From NCBI RefSeq assembly GCF_009914755.1, contig NC_060934.1: a stretch of 64,000 nucleotides of DNA, one strand, 5' to 3'. Shown one piece after another: positions 15,102 to 31,695 of the stretch. Made by a program: the position numbers and the translations under genes. The notes beneath the pieces were generated by a model, which worked only from the letters and a program-made list of their open reading frames with translations, had not been told where the DNA came from and did no database searches. This DNA is from the human T2T-CHM13v2.0 reference genome, Homo sapiens. How positions within the stretch are numbered: position 1 is the first letter of the stretch; every line of letters starts with the position of its first letter.

Positions 15102-15737
15102 CATTTTTCAATGGAAATATAATGTTGAGGAAACCCAGAGAAGGCAACATTTTCTTGCTCAAGGAGATGAGAAAGAGGGTAAAAAAGGAGATAAAATTTG
15201 ACCTATGTCCTGACTGTGGTAATAGAAAAGTTCATCTTGGCTAAAAGGAGCAGCATGATATAAAATTTGAAACCTCATGGTGTGTTGGAGACTGATGATG
15301 AGTGGCTATGCCTAGAGTTGACAGTATCGGATTTGAAGAGTGTAAGGAGTGATGTGGATCATCAGACTGGAAACAGAATGTGAGGGTCCAGATCAATCCA
15401 TTGGGACCTTATCCTATAGGACATACAGGGAAGCCATTTAAAGTTTTAAAGTGAGAAGGTGACATGTTTAGACATGTGCTCCTGAAAGTACCTAGAGGAA
15501 AAAAATCTTTGGCTGCATATTGAGCCAGAAATACAAAGGGAAATACAGTATGTTAGCCTCCTCCTCTAAGCCCTTCTCAGTTCAACCCACTGGACAAGAA
15601 ATGTATGTTTCTAAAGAAAGATTGATGAAGACATTTAAAGTCTCTTGAAAGATTTTAATAAAGTGCTTGGCATGTAGCTGGTACTCAACAAATATTTGTT
15701 GAATACAGGGTGCCTGTTAAGATCTGATATTAGGTGA

Positions 15738-16160
<423 letters not shown>

Positions 16161-16522
16161 AGAAGAGCAGATGGCCTGGCTGCTGCTGTGCAGTCCCTGC
16201 AGCTCTCTTTCCTCTGGGGCATTATCCATCTTTCACTATCTGTAATGCCTTTTCTCACCTGTCATCTCACATTTTCCCTTCCCTGAAGATCTAGTGAACA
16301 TTCGACCTCCATTACGGAGAGTTTCCTATGTTTCACTGTGCAAATATATCTGCTATTCTCCATACTCTGTAACAGTTGCATTGACTGTCACATAATGCTC
16401 ATACTTATCTAATGTTGAGTTATTAATATGTTATTATTAAATAGAGAAATATGATTTGTGTATTATAATTCAAAGGCATTTCTTTTCTGCATGTTCTAAA
16501 TAAAAAGCATTATTATTTGCTG
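16161..16522 (+). other. CYP2C9: CYP2C9 3' UTR (proximal poly(A) form)
   Basis: Follows the stop codon; ATTAAA at 16436-16441 and AATAAA at 16499-16504. The cleavage position is inferred. Confidence 0.8.
16499..16504 (+). terminator. Polyadenylation signal AATAAA of CYP2C9
   Basis: AATAAA in the context ctaaataaaaagcattattatttgctg, which is conserved with the paralogous signal at 63913-63918(-). Confidence 0.8.
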
Positions 16523-16811
16523 AGTCAGTTTATTAGACCTTCCTTCTTTTATGCATAATGTAGGTCAGAAATTAAAGAAAATAGAGTTCCAGGAGGCCAT
16601 GCTGGTTCTCAAAATGATAAGGACAGAAAGGACAAAGAGGAAGAGGGTAGGGAAGCTATTTTGGGTGAGTGTTAGAGTTACTTGAGGATTGGATTTGAAA
16701 GTGAGAAACTGTGTCCAGGGGCAGCTCTAACCTCTAGGGAAATATTCAGAGGATCAGTCAAAGGGTGGAATGGACATTAAATGCTAGAATTCTTATATCC
16801 ACATTGGTGTT

Positions 16812-17103
16812 CCTTTTTTTTTGAGACAAAGTCTTGCTCTGTCACCCAGGCTGGAGTGCAGTGGTGTGATCTCAGCTCTCTATAACCTCCGCCTCCCAGG
16901 TTCAAGTGATTCTCCTGCCTCAGCCTCCTGAGTAGCTGGGATTACAGGTGCATGCCACCACACCTGGCTAATTTTTTGTATTTTTAGTACAGACGGGTTT
17001 TCACCGTGTTAGCCAGGATGGTCTTAATCTCCTGACCTTGTGATCTGCCTGCCTCAGCCTCCCAAAGTGCTGGGATTACAGGTGTGAGCCACTGCGCCTG
17101 GCC
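16812..17103 (-). mobile_element. Alu (AluS, Sc-like)
   Basis: Poly-T then gagacaaagtcttgctctgtcacccaggctgg ... gagccactgcgcctggcc; TSD tggtgtt at 16805-16811 and 17104-17110. Confidence 0.92.
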
Positions 17104-17272
17104 TGGTGTTACTTTGAAGTGTCATTACTTTATCTCTAAATAAAGAATCAGATTACTTTTATTACTTCATGTTTCCAACTTAGAATGATGTAATGAAGTA
17201 TAAATACATGCTTTCATATCGCTGCTCATGTGTTCTGTCATGTTTCTCTCTTCAAACATAAACAAAATTTCT

Positions 17273-17660
<388 letters not shown>

Positions 17661-17879
17661 TAAGTGGGATGATAATTTTATGCTATGGTCCTAAATATAA
17701 TTAGCCTCATGTCATCTCCAAAGAATAGACAACTAAGTATCTTATGTTAAATTATATTCACCACTTTTCCTGTCTTCTACTTGAAATGTAAGAAATAAGA
17801 AGTAACATAATTTGTTATGCTTCTCACAGCTCATCTCCCAGAAGAAGTTACTTACATTTTGGAATACGTTTTAAAGATA

Positions 17880-18010
17880 ATATGTGGATACAGGTGTACA
17901 TGAACATCTATATATGTCTGTGTACATTATGTGTATTTACCCATTTTATATATATGCATATATATATATATATACACACACATATATGTAACTTATGCAC
18001 ACATACATAT
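17880..18010. repeat. Degenerate (TA)n/(CA)n low-complexity tract
   Basis: tatatatgcatatatatatatatatacacacacatatatg... Confidence 0.75.
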
Positions 18011-18289
18011 AGGGTTAAATGTTTATTACAATATTGGGCTCATATCACACATCTTGTATTAAAACTTGTTATTTTCCTATCAAGTAATATGGCAGCAAAA
18101 CCTCTAAGGTGATAGAAACATAGGGAAATGATTGAGAGAGATAATAGAAGAGAAAGTGGAAATGAGTATTACATTAATGGGAAGATCCAAATGGAAATTA
18201 TACATTATACCTTTCAACCTTCTTCATTGGGAAATGCAAATGTATTAATGTAGTGTTAGTAGAGGTGCTGGCAAACACCCCTAGGTGAG

Positions 18290-18483
18290 ATAAATCAAGT
18301 AGATGTCAAGTCTGTTTTCTCCTAGAGACTGTAGTGAATAATCTGTTTTCCTGCCTATTTCACCTCCTAAAGGCTGCCTGCATTCCTTGGCTCATGAACT
18401 CTTCCTTCTTTCACTCCAAACACTTGCTTCTGTTGTCACATCTCCTACTCCTACTACTGACTCTTATTCTCACATCTCCCTTA
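18290..18483. mobile_element. MLT1 (MaLR) LTR fragment, split by the ERV; continues at ~25942-26025
   Basis: ggctgcctgcattccttggctcatg lies left of the ERV and tgtaaagacccttgtgattacat lies right of it; these are adjacent MLT1 motifs. Confidence 0.6.
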
Positions 18484-19051
18484 CATTAGAAATGCAAAAT
18501 GCTTTTTCCCTGGTGTCACAAAGAAATAGCACTCAAACATAAATTTAATTTTCTCGGCAAGGCAATTTTTACTTTCTGCAGAAAGAGTGCTCCTTGCAGA
18601 TGGAACAATGGTGAGAGCACACCTGGACAGAGGAGGAGAAGAGGTTATTATTCCTGATGGAGATAGCCTTTACTGCTGTGTCATTCCCCTATTGGCTAGG
18701 TTGGACTGCACAGTCTAAGCAATTCCAACTGGCTATTTTAAAAAAGAGCAGGAGTATGAGCCAGAGTGGTGAGGCATGTAGTTTGGCAGGAAGGGCAGTT
18801 ACAGAACTGGTGGCTCAGGATGAGTCAGGATGGAGCAGGTGACCAGGGGTGAGTCATATCAAAGCAGGTGACCAGGGGAAGAGATGTGAACTACTGATTA
18901 GGACTGGTGGGAAAGTTGTTTACTGAAATTAGAAGGGAGGGGGCAAAGGGAACCAGGAAGTTAAACTTTAAAATGGAGAATCAATAAGAGAGCTGAACAT
19001 ACTGACATACTGATTCTTTGAATAGAAACTTGGGGTTCACTATATTTAACA
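18484..19051 (-). mobile_element. 3' LTR (LTR10 family)
   Basis: Direct repeat of 25351-25941. The - strand start tgttaaatatagtgaaccccaag...caaagaatcagtatgtcagtatg is LTR10-like, and a purine-rich tract (PPT) abuts it at ~19052-19065. Confidence 0.9.
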
Positions 19052-19069
19052 GTTCTTCATCTTGAATTT

Positions 19070-20979
19070 TTACAGTTCCTTCTCTTCAAACTTCCTTAAA
19101 ATGTCTTGGCTTAGTTGTTCTGCATGATTCTCTAAAAGAAAAAGCTTCTCTGAATAAGGTGGAGGAGAATTAAGGGAGGTTTTAGTAAGTGCTGCCTGTA
19201 TGAGTCTGTGAACCAGCCCACGGATGCATGGTATGACAAAACACCCAACAAGAATGAATACGCCTACTATGGCTGTGAGAGAAGTAAGAACTGAGGCTAT
19301 GATTTTTTTTTTCCATTTACTGAATGATTTTTCTAGGCACCTTTTAAAGGGGTCACTTACCGCTGAGTTTTTGGTTAACTCATTGGACAGAGCAGTTAGA
19401 CCTTGCAATGCCTTGTTATACTTCCATCAGGGGCAGTATTGTTTGGGATGAAGGTACAATATTGAGTTTTAATCATGATGCAAACTCCTCCTCCTTCTGC
19501 TGCTGATATAATGTCTAAGGCTATTCTATTTTCCCAAGCCATCTGGCTAGTAGCCCCTAATTGCATTGCTATTTCTTTAGCAGCATCTCTAGTGTAGTTA
19601 ATAAACCACTGTTGATCATAATAGATGTAATTCATCCAGTCTACATTTTTATTAATTTTTACCCACTAGAATATTGACTGAAATCCTGAAGCTATTTGAT
19701 CATGGGCTTTAAATTCATCTGGCACTCCTCATTGAGCTCTAATAGCATTTACATAAACATGGGGGTCAAAGGACCCATATAGGGCACTTCTTCTTTTATG
19801 ATTTTCTCTCTTTTTTTGTAATCATGTTGATGAAATGCTAGAGTGAAAGGGATGGTGAATTGGACTAGAGCACAAGTGCTGCTCTAATAACTTGGCAGAG
19901 TATCCAGCAATAGTCCCCCATGATACCACCACACTTATGCTCAGGGATGAACAAGGACAGACTGATTGGTAAGCTCTTGGAAAGGCTTGGTTACACTGCA
20001 CCCTGTTAAATCTTCAAGGAATGCTAACTTTTTCCCCTGCTGTGAAAGGAATGAGGTGAAGTTAACATCAGGGGCTGGAGGCCAGAAGGCCCTTGAGGGC
20101 TGACCCACAGGGCTCTTAACCTCAGAGAACAGCAGTAAAAGAGCCTTGCATGACTCATCGCCCCAGGCTGTGGGGTTCTGGAAGACAGCTACCATACAGC
20201 TCATGCCAGGTCCCTGAGAGGACCACCCAAGTGGAAAGGGAACAATCTGGGTCTCTGGCCTGCCTATCGCACAAGCGTTACAGTCACTTTTGTTTATCGT
20301 GCAAACAGAATATTTTATCCATTCCAGCCAAGCATTTGCATCCTGATACCCTGTTTCAATTGCTATAGTTTGTTTTAAATAGTTAACCTCTACAACAACT
20401 AGTTTGGTTTTATCATTGGGTATATAACAAGAGAATGTTGGTTAGAGGAGAACTTAGGAGAGGGAGAAAAGGGTACAGGAAGTGAGGAGGAAATGAAGCA
20501 CATTTCAAAGGATCCTGAGACTTCTGCTCCTATACCATAGAAATGGTTTAATGAAGGGGAAGAACTCTGGGGAACAGAGATGGTAATCTGTACTGGATTA
20601 CATTGGTTTAGCTGACAGTGGGGAGGGATAGCTCCTTTAGTAAAATGAATATATGGTTTTAAGAAACTGCAAGTACTAGTTAGTGTGGTCCATCCTTGCT
20701 CTTTAGTATTTTATAGAGCATTGAGCCAAGTTTGGCAGAGAAGCTCTGCTCTAGGAGGACAAGATTTCCAGTTTATACTGGAATCTTCATCAAACTCTTC
20801 TCAAACTAACTTATCCCAGTTAACAGATTTTTAGTCTGAGGAGAGCTAGGAAGGATAAAGATAGTTTTCTGAAGTGGAGAGTTGCCCCTAACTTGGCAAA
20901 TCTCCACAGGGTATAACAAGGCAACCATCAAATGTAATAGTTTGAGGCAAAATTGACTTGGTTACATTAATAACTAGGT

Positions 20980-20980
<1 letters not shown>
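19070..20980 (-). pseudogene. ERV env remnant (SU/TM), frameshifted
   Basis: ORF 19396..19635 has the immunosuppressive-like domain ENRIALDII and a broken CX6CC (CIMIKTQYC). ORF 19070..19408 has a hydrophobic TM anchor (IIASVLTSLTAIVGVFILVGCFVIPC). Confidence 0.85.
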
Positions 20981-24600
<3,620 letters not shown>

Positions 24601-24692
24601 GAATAGGTACGTTGCTTTCACTTTATTACTCTTTCTCTCTCTCTTTGACTCTCTGTCTCTCTCTCTCTCTTTATAAGATTTTTTTTATCCTT

Positions 24693-24790
24693 CTAATATT
24701 TTAACATTAGGCCTAGGGGATTATTAGGGGGAATATTATTGTTGTTAGCTTTATCCTTTACCTTACTTGGGGTATTTTCCATTTTTGGGT
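24693..24790 (-). pseudogene. ERV gag N-terminal remnant
   Basis: MENTPSKVKDKANNNNIPPNNPLGLMLKY resembles the start of a gamma-like ERV1 matrix (MGNTPS...IP..SPLG.MLK.W); the rest of gag is deleted. Confidence 0.6.
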
Positions 24791-25120
24791 GAGGCTCAAT
24801 TTCCCTTACCAGAAATGTTTCACATTTTGGGGTGAGGCTCAATTCCCTTACAGGAAATGTCTTGCCTTTTGGGATGAGGCTCAATTTCCCTTACTAGAAA
24901 TGTCTCACCTCTTTTTAACCTCCTGACCAAGGAATACTTCACTGCCCCCCATGGATTTTCTTTCTTTAGTCCCAACTAAGGAATGCCTTACCACCCCTGC
25001 AGCTTCTCTTTCCTTGGTATGTCCCAATCAAGGAATGCTTCATTGCCCCTGTGTTTTTTCTTTCCTTAGTCTTGACCACCAAGGAAATACTTTACCAGCT
25101 CCTCCAGTGTTTCCTTCCTT
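24782..25120. repeat. Two short tandem arrays in the ERV leader (~43 bp x3 and ~50 bp x4)
   Basis: ttttgggtgaggctcaatttcccttac.agaaatgt occurs three times, followed by four units beginning (acc)aaggaat[ag]ctt. Confidence 0.75.
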
Positions 25121-25329
25121 GGCTTGTGCACGAGGTTGTCTGGTCCACGTAGTATGTGAGGATCCTTTACTTCAGGTCACCAGCCGGTTTCTTTCCGCAT
25201 TGCTGAGAGTCCGGGTTTATTCAGCACAGCAGGTGGGTCTCAATTCCTCACCGCTGAGGCCACAGCAATGAGGCAGCAGGGCACCTCCTTAGGAGAGAGG
25301 ACTGGAGACTACCCCCAGAGGAGAATAGG

Positions 25330-25347
25330 TCCCTGTACGGGCCACCA
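25330..25347 (-). promoter_or_regulatory. Primer-binding site complementary to tRNA-Ile
   Basis: The - strand reads TGGTGGCCCGTACAGGGA, 3 nt after the 5' LTR. It is complementary to the tRNA-Ile(AAU) 3' end (...TCCCCGTACGGGCCACCA) with 1 mismatch. Confidence 0.88.
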
Positions 25348-25350
25348 AAT

Positions 25351-25941
25351 TGTTAGAAATGCAAAATGCTTGTTCCCTGGTGCTGCAAAGAAATAGCACT
25401 TGAACATGAATTTAATTTTCTCAGCAAGACAATTTTTACCTTCTGCAGAAAGAGTGCTCCTTGCAGATGGAACAATGGCGAGAGCACACCTGGACAGAGG
25501 AGGGGAAGAGGTTCTTATTCCTGATGCAGGTAGCCTCTACTGCTGTGTCACTCCCCCATTGGCTAGGGTCGGACTGCACAGTCTGTTGGACTGCACAGTC
25601 TAAGCTAATTCCAATTGGCTCTTTTAAAAAACAGCAGGAGTATGAGCCAGAGTGGTGGGGTAAGTAGTTTGGTGGGAAGGGCGGTTACAGAACTGGTGGC
25701 TCAGGATGAGTCAGGATAGAGCAGGTGACCAGGGGTGACTAGGGTCAAAGCAGGTGACCAGGGGAACAGATGTGAACTATTTATTAGGACTGGTAAGAAA
25801 GTTGTTTACTGAAACTGGAAGCAAGGGGGCAAAGAGAATTAAGAAGTTAAACTTTAAAATGGAGAATCAAACAATAAGATAGATGCACATACTGACATAC
25901 TGATTCTTTGAAGATAAACTTGGGGTTCACTATATTTAACA
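25351..25941 (-). mobile_element. 5' LTR (LTR10 family)
   Basis: TG...CA termini (tgttag ... tttaaca), repeat of 18484-19051, adjacent to the PBS. Confidence 0.9.
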
Positions 25942-27046
25942 CTAATGTAAAGACCCTTGTGATTACATGAAACCCACCAGCTTAATCTCTTTATGTCAAG
26001 ACATTATTTAGCCTACCATATTATTATTATACCAATTTGAACAACCAAACAATTGCACTGATGATCTGTTAAGTATCTTGTTCAAGGTCACACAGCTTTT
26101 TAAGTGTCAGAGCCAACAGTTGAACAAGGGCAATCTGACTGGAAAGTAGAAGTGGCTAACAACTTTGCTAATTCTCTGCATTTATTTTTATTGTTTATGT
26201 TTCATCCCTAAAATACATGTTTTATATGAGCAGAGAACTTTATTTGGCTCACTAATGAATTCCAGACACCTGAAACACTGTTTAGAAGATATTGGCTCAA
26301 TAGATACTAGATAAATTAATGACTACTTAATGAATGAATGAATGTGGGCATAAAGGAGCGTGTGAATTTGTTTACTCTCTTTTAAAGCCAATGGGACGAT
26401 ATTCATAGAAATGTATATAAACACCTCCATCCTTCAAACAGTTTCACTTCTTGAGTATTAATGGATATCACTGAAGGTATATATTAATTACTATATATAT
26501 GAATGCTTATTTTATGATTATTCATAAAAGATTTGAAACAAAACTTTACTGGAGGTTGTAAATAAATTATGGTGGATCTTAAAAATGGAAAAGTATGCAT
26601 AGTTACAAATGATTTTCATAATTATATAATGATGAAGTATTTATTGTATGGCAGGCACTATTTTAATCATATGAAAACAATTCGTTTCTTATACAGTGAA
26701 TTTGGTACAATTATAATTCATATTCATTTAACAGATAAGGTCATGGAGGAACAGAGATGTTTATTAATCTGTCCAATGTCACAAGGCAAATAAGTGACAC
26801 AGCTGGAGTAAATAGAAGATCTGACTCCAGAGTCTCCTCCCAAACTCTACAGTGTGCTGGGTTTATTTCTGGGGAGTCTCATCTCTACAGTCCTTCTAGG
26901 CTCTGGCTCTGAGAGACATGGCCTCCCTTCTTCCACCTAAAGCTATCCTGATATCTATGTTCTCCTTTCCATTGCTCTTCAATGCTATTCCAGATCTGGG
27001 TAGAAAAGCCTTAGCTTCACAGTCCCTCAATAATAAGGAAATGGGC

Positions 27047-27540
27047 GTGTTTCCTTATCCCCCTTGCAGGATGTGTGACAGGGGTGTGGCTCACTTCCTT
27101 GGTGCTTCACTGCTCAAGGGAGCATGCAGATGGGCAGGTACAGAGGCTGTGGGGAGTGCTTTTTGGGCTCTGGCCCCATGGCAACATCTACGGGTGTCTG
27201 TGATTCCTGAAGCCCAAGTGGGCTGTGTTACAGTGTGCTTTTTCAGCTTTACTGTCTGCAGATGGCTTGTGTTAATCAGCTCAGTTAGACCCTCTGCCTT
27301 ATCGCAAGGACATAGGGCTTTCTGTATCCTGGGTTCCTGCCCTAGTTACCGGAGAAAGCGGATCACATGTGGGTTTGGAGGATGAGTGCAAAGTTTTATT
27401 GTGTGGTGGAGGTAGCTCTCAGAGAGATGGATGAAGATTTAGAGGGAGATGGGGTGGGAAGGTGGTCTTCCCCTGGAGTAGGGCTGGCCAGTGGCTGGAC
27501 TCTTCTCCAATCACCCCCAGCTGAATTCCCCTTGGCAGCA
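27047..27540. mobile_element. ERV1 solo LTR fragment (MER50-like)
   Basis: GC-richer block with cagctcagttagaccctctgccttatcgcaaggacatagggctttctgtatcc; the family assignment is from recall. Confidence 0.5.
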
Positions 27541-28397
27541 TACTACCTGTACCCCGATAACTTATGGAAAAATAAAAAAGAATAAATAAATCTGTAATGT
27601 TAAAAAATAAATAAAACTAATGCACCCTCCCCCCCCAAAAGAAAAGAGCACAGAGAACAACACAAGGGTTTATATAGTGCTAGTAATAATTTCTGTAACC
27701 ATCCTCCAGAGAGAAATACCTCTAATTCATTGGATATCGGGTAGAGTGTTCAAAGCGTATTTCCTCAGTAAAAGGGAAAAAAATAATCCATAGGCTAACA
27801 GCTGCTCTGGTGTGCTCTAATAAAGTTAAATACAAACCTCAAAAGGATAAAACTGTTTTCTAGTAACTTAACTACATTTTGGAAGAACACACAAAAGTAT
27901 TTAAAAGATCATACAAATTTTCTGCAGCCTTAACATAAAATCGCAATGGTTTTTGTCCAAACAAGAATTATCAGACATGCAAGCAAAAGGGAAGATATGA
28001 AAAAAAAAAAAGGTAATATATAGAAGTAGGTTTAAAAATTAAACGATTGAATTCATTACAAGGAAAATAAGATAGTTATAACTGACTCTAGATTCCATAT
28101 GTTCAAGAAAGCAGAGGGAAGACTGGCCATACTACTCATCAAAAGGGGATATATAAAAAAAACACAGATAGAAAACCCAGAAAAAAAAATGCAAGGTCTG
28201 AAGTGAAAAGCACACTGGATCGAATTGTAGATTAGAAACTACAAAAGAAATAAGTGAATTCGAAGACATAAGAGAAGAAACTATTCTAAATTAAAGGGGA
28301 AAAATGAAATAATAATAAATAAGTGGTGGTACAACTTCAAGTAGATGTAAAAATGTGCAATAATTGCTCATAAATGTGGATTAAAAAGTATGGAAAA

Positions 28398-28696
<299 letters not shown>

Positions 28697-28779
28697 AAAA
28701 AGTATGGAAAATATAATAGCTATATTTTCCCCAAAAGACAATCTTAAAAGCAACCAAAAGGGATTTTAAATGTGGGCAA

Positions 28780-31290
28780 ATGAAATTAAAGTGTATGGTC
28801 TTTCTTAGTTCTCTTTTTGCTTTTTTTTTTTAATGCACACAGTGTTAAGTTATCAGCTTAAAATAATGGATTATAAGATAATATTTTCAAGCCCCATGGT
28901 AGCCTCAAACCAAAAAAAAAAAAAAAAAAAATACAATGGAAACACAAAAGTTAAAAGCATGAAACTAACTTATATGGCCAGAGAAAATAACCTTCATTAA
29001 AAGGAAGACAAGAAAAAAAAGAAAGAAGGAAGAAAAGACCAAAAAACAAAAGCAAATAACAAAATGACAGGAGTAAGTCCTTACTTATCAATAATAATAT
29101 TGAATGTAAATGGACTAAACTCTTGGATCAAACTTCATAGAGTGGCTAAATCAATTAAAAATAATCCAATGATTTGTGGCCTGAAAGAAACATATTTCAC
29201 CTATAAAGACACATAGACTGAAAATAGAAAGATGGAAAAAAATATTCCAAGCCAATGAAAACCAAAAAAGAGCAGCATTGCTATACTTATATCAGACAAA
29301 ACAGATTTTAACACTAAAACTATAAGAGACAAAGAAGGTCATTATATAATGTCAATGGGATCATTCAGCAAGAGGACGTAACAATTTTAAATATATATGC
29401 ACCCAACACTGAGGCACCCAGATATATAAAGAAAAAATTAGAGCTAAAGAGGGAATTAGGCCCCAATAAAACAATAGGAGGAGATTTCAACTCCTCACTT
29501 GCAATATTGGACAGAATTCCAGACAGAAAATCAATAAAGGTACATCAAACTGAATCTGCACTATAAAACAAATGGATCTAATAGATATTTACAGAACATT
29601 TTATTCAAGAGCTACAGAATACACATTCTTTTCTTTAGCACATGGATCATTCTCAAGGATAAACTATGTGTTAGGTCACAAAACAATTCTTAAAACATTC
29701 ACATAATTTGAAATAATATCAAGCATCTTTTTTGGCTGCAATAGAATAAAACTAGTAATCAATAACAAGGGGAATTTTGGAAACTATACTTATACATGGA
29801 AATTAAACAGTATGCTCCTAAATGACTAGTGAGTCCATAAAGAGACTAAAAAGGAAATTGAAAAATTTCTTGAAACAACTGATAATGGATACAAAAACCT
29901 GCGGTCTACAGCAAGCCAGTACTAAGACGGAAGTTTATAGTTATAAGTCCTACATCAAAAAGAGGAAAAACTTCAAATAAACAATCTAATGGTGCATCTT
30001 AAAGAACTAGAAAAGCAAGAGCAAACCAAACCCAAAATTAGTAGGAGAAAAGAAATAATAAAGATCAGAGTAGAAAGAAATGAAATTGAAATAAAAAAAT
30101 ACAAAAGGAAAACTGATGGACCCAAAGGAAAATACTAAGAGAAACAGACAATTGGGATTCTCACAGAGGAAATATAAGTTGTCAACAATAACATCGGTAC
30201 AAGACATAAAATGTAAACCTTGATGCATAAATACAGATTTTGGATGTTATTTTTTAAATATATATATATATGAAAAAAAAGATCAATGAAACAAAAAGTT
30301 GGTTTTTTTTGAAAAGTTAAACAAATTTATGAACCATTAGCCAGACTAGGTAAAAAAGTAAGAAAATCCAAATGAATGAAATCAGAAATAAAAAAGGAGA
30401 CATCACAACTGATACCAAAGAAACTGGAAGGATCATTAGTGGCTAATATGAACAACTATATGCCAATAATCATGAAATCTAGAAGAAATAAACAAATTCC
30501 TAGACATATAGAATGTACCAAGACTGAACCATGAAGAAATAAAAAAGCATGAACAGACCAATAACAGGTAACAAGGTGGAAGCTGTAATAAAAACTTTTC
30601 CACTAAAGAAAGTCCTGGGACCTGACAACTTCACTGCTGAATTCTACCAAACACTTAAAGAAGAATGAATACCAATCCTACTCAAAACATTCCAAGAAAC
30701 AGAGGAGATGGGAAGACTTCCAAAGTCATTATATGAGGCTGGTATTACTCTGATACAAAAATCAGACAAAGACACACAAAAAAAGAAAACTATAGGTCAA
30801 TATCTCTGATGGATATTGATGCAAAAATCCTCTACAAAATACTAGCAAGGTGAATTCAACAATACATTACAAAGATCATTCATCATGACCAGGTAGGATT
30901 TATCCCTGGGATGTAAGGATGGTTCTACACACTCAAGTCAATCAATGTGATACATCCTATTCACAGAATGAAGCATTAAAAACAATATAATCATTTCAAT
31001 TGATGCTGAAAAAGCATTTGATACAATTTAACATCCCTCCATGAAAAAAACCCTCAAAAAACTGGGGATAGAAGGCACATATTTTAACATAAAATCCATA
31101 TACAACAGACACACAACTAGTATCATATTGAATGGGGAAAAACTGAAAGCCTTTTCTCTAAGATCTGGAACACAATAAAGATGCCCACTGTCATCATTGT
31201 TATTCAAGATAGTACTGTAGGTCATAGCTAGAGCAATCAGACAAGAGAAAGATATAAAGGGCATCCAAATTAGAATGGAAGATGTCAAAT
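28780..31290 (+). mobile_element. L1MA-type element fragment (ORF2 EN-RT), + strand
   Basis: A-rich L1 sense sequence: atgacaggagtaagtccttacttatcaataata (ORF2 start) through RT motifs (gatgctgaaaaagcatttgat); truncated at the next L1. Confidence 0.85.
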
Positions 31291-31294
31291 TATC

Positions 31295-31653
31295 TTTATT
31301 TTTATTTTTTTCCATCAGTTATTGGGGTACAAGTGGTATTTGGTTACATGAATAAGTTCTTTAGTGGTGATTTGTGAGATTTTGGTGCATCCATCACCTG
31401 AGCAATATACACTGCACCATATTTGTAATCTTTTATCCCTCACCCCCTTCCCACTCTTTCTCCCAAGTCCCCACAGTCCATTTCATCATTCTTATGCCTT
31501 TGCATCCTCACAGCTTAGGTCCCACATATCAGTGAGAACATAAGAAGTTTGGTTTTCCATTCCTGAGCTACTTCACTTAGAATAATAGTCTCCAATCTCA
31601 TCAGGTTGCTGCAAATGCTGTTAATTCACTCCTTTTTATGGCTGAGTAGTATT

Positions 31654-31695
<42 letters not shown>

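Noticed and set aside
19070-19635. Domesticated syncytin-like env
   Set aside because: The env is split over several frames and the CX6CC motif is mutated.
24782-25120. Repeat arrays resembling a CRISPR array
   Set aside because: The context is eukaryotic, the units are head-to-tail without unique spacers, they lie in an ERV leader, and there are no cas genes.
26918-27385. 155-aa ORF with a hydrophobic N-terminus, possibly a CYP2C exon 1 or a new gene
   Set aside because: It lacks the CYP2C exon-1 signature (LLLSLW...PPGPTPLP), and most of it runs through an LTR.
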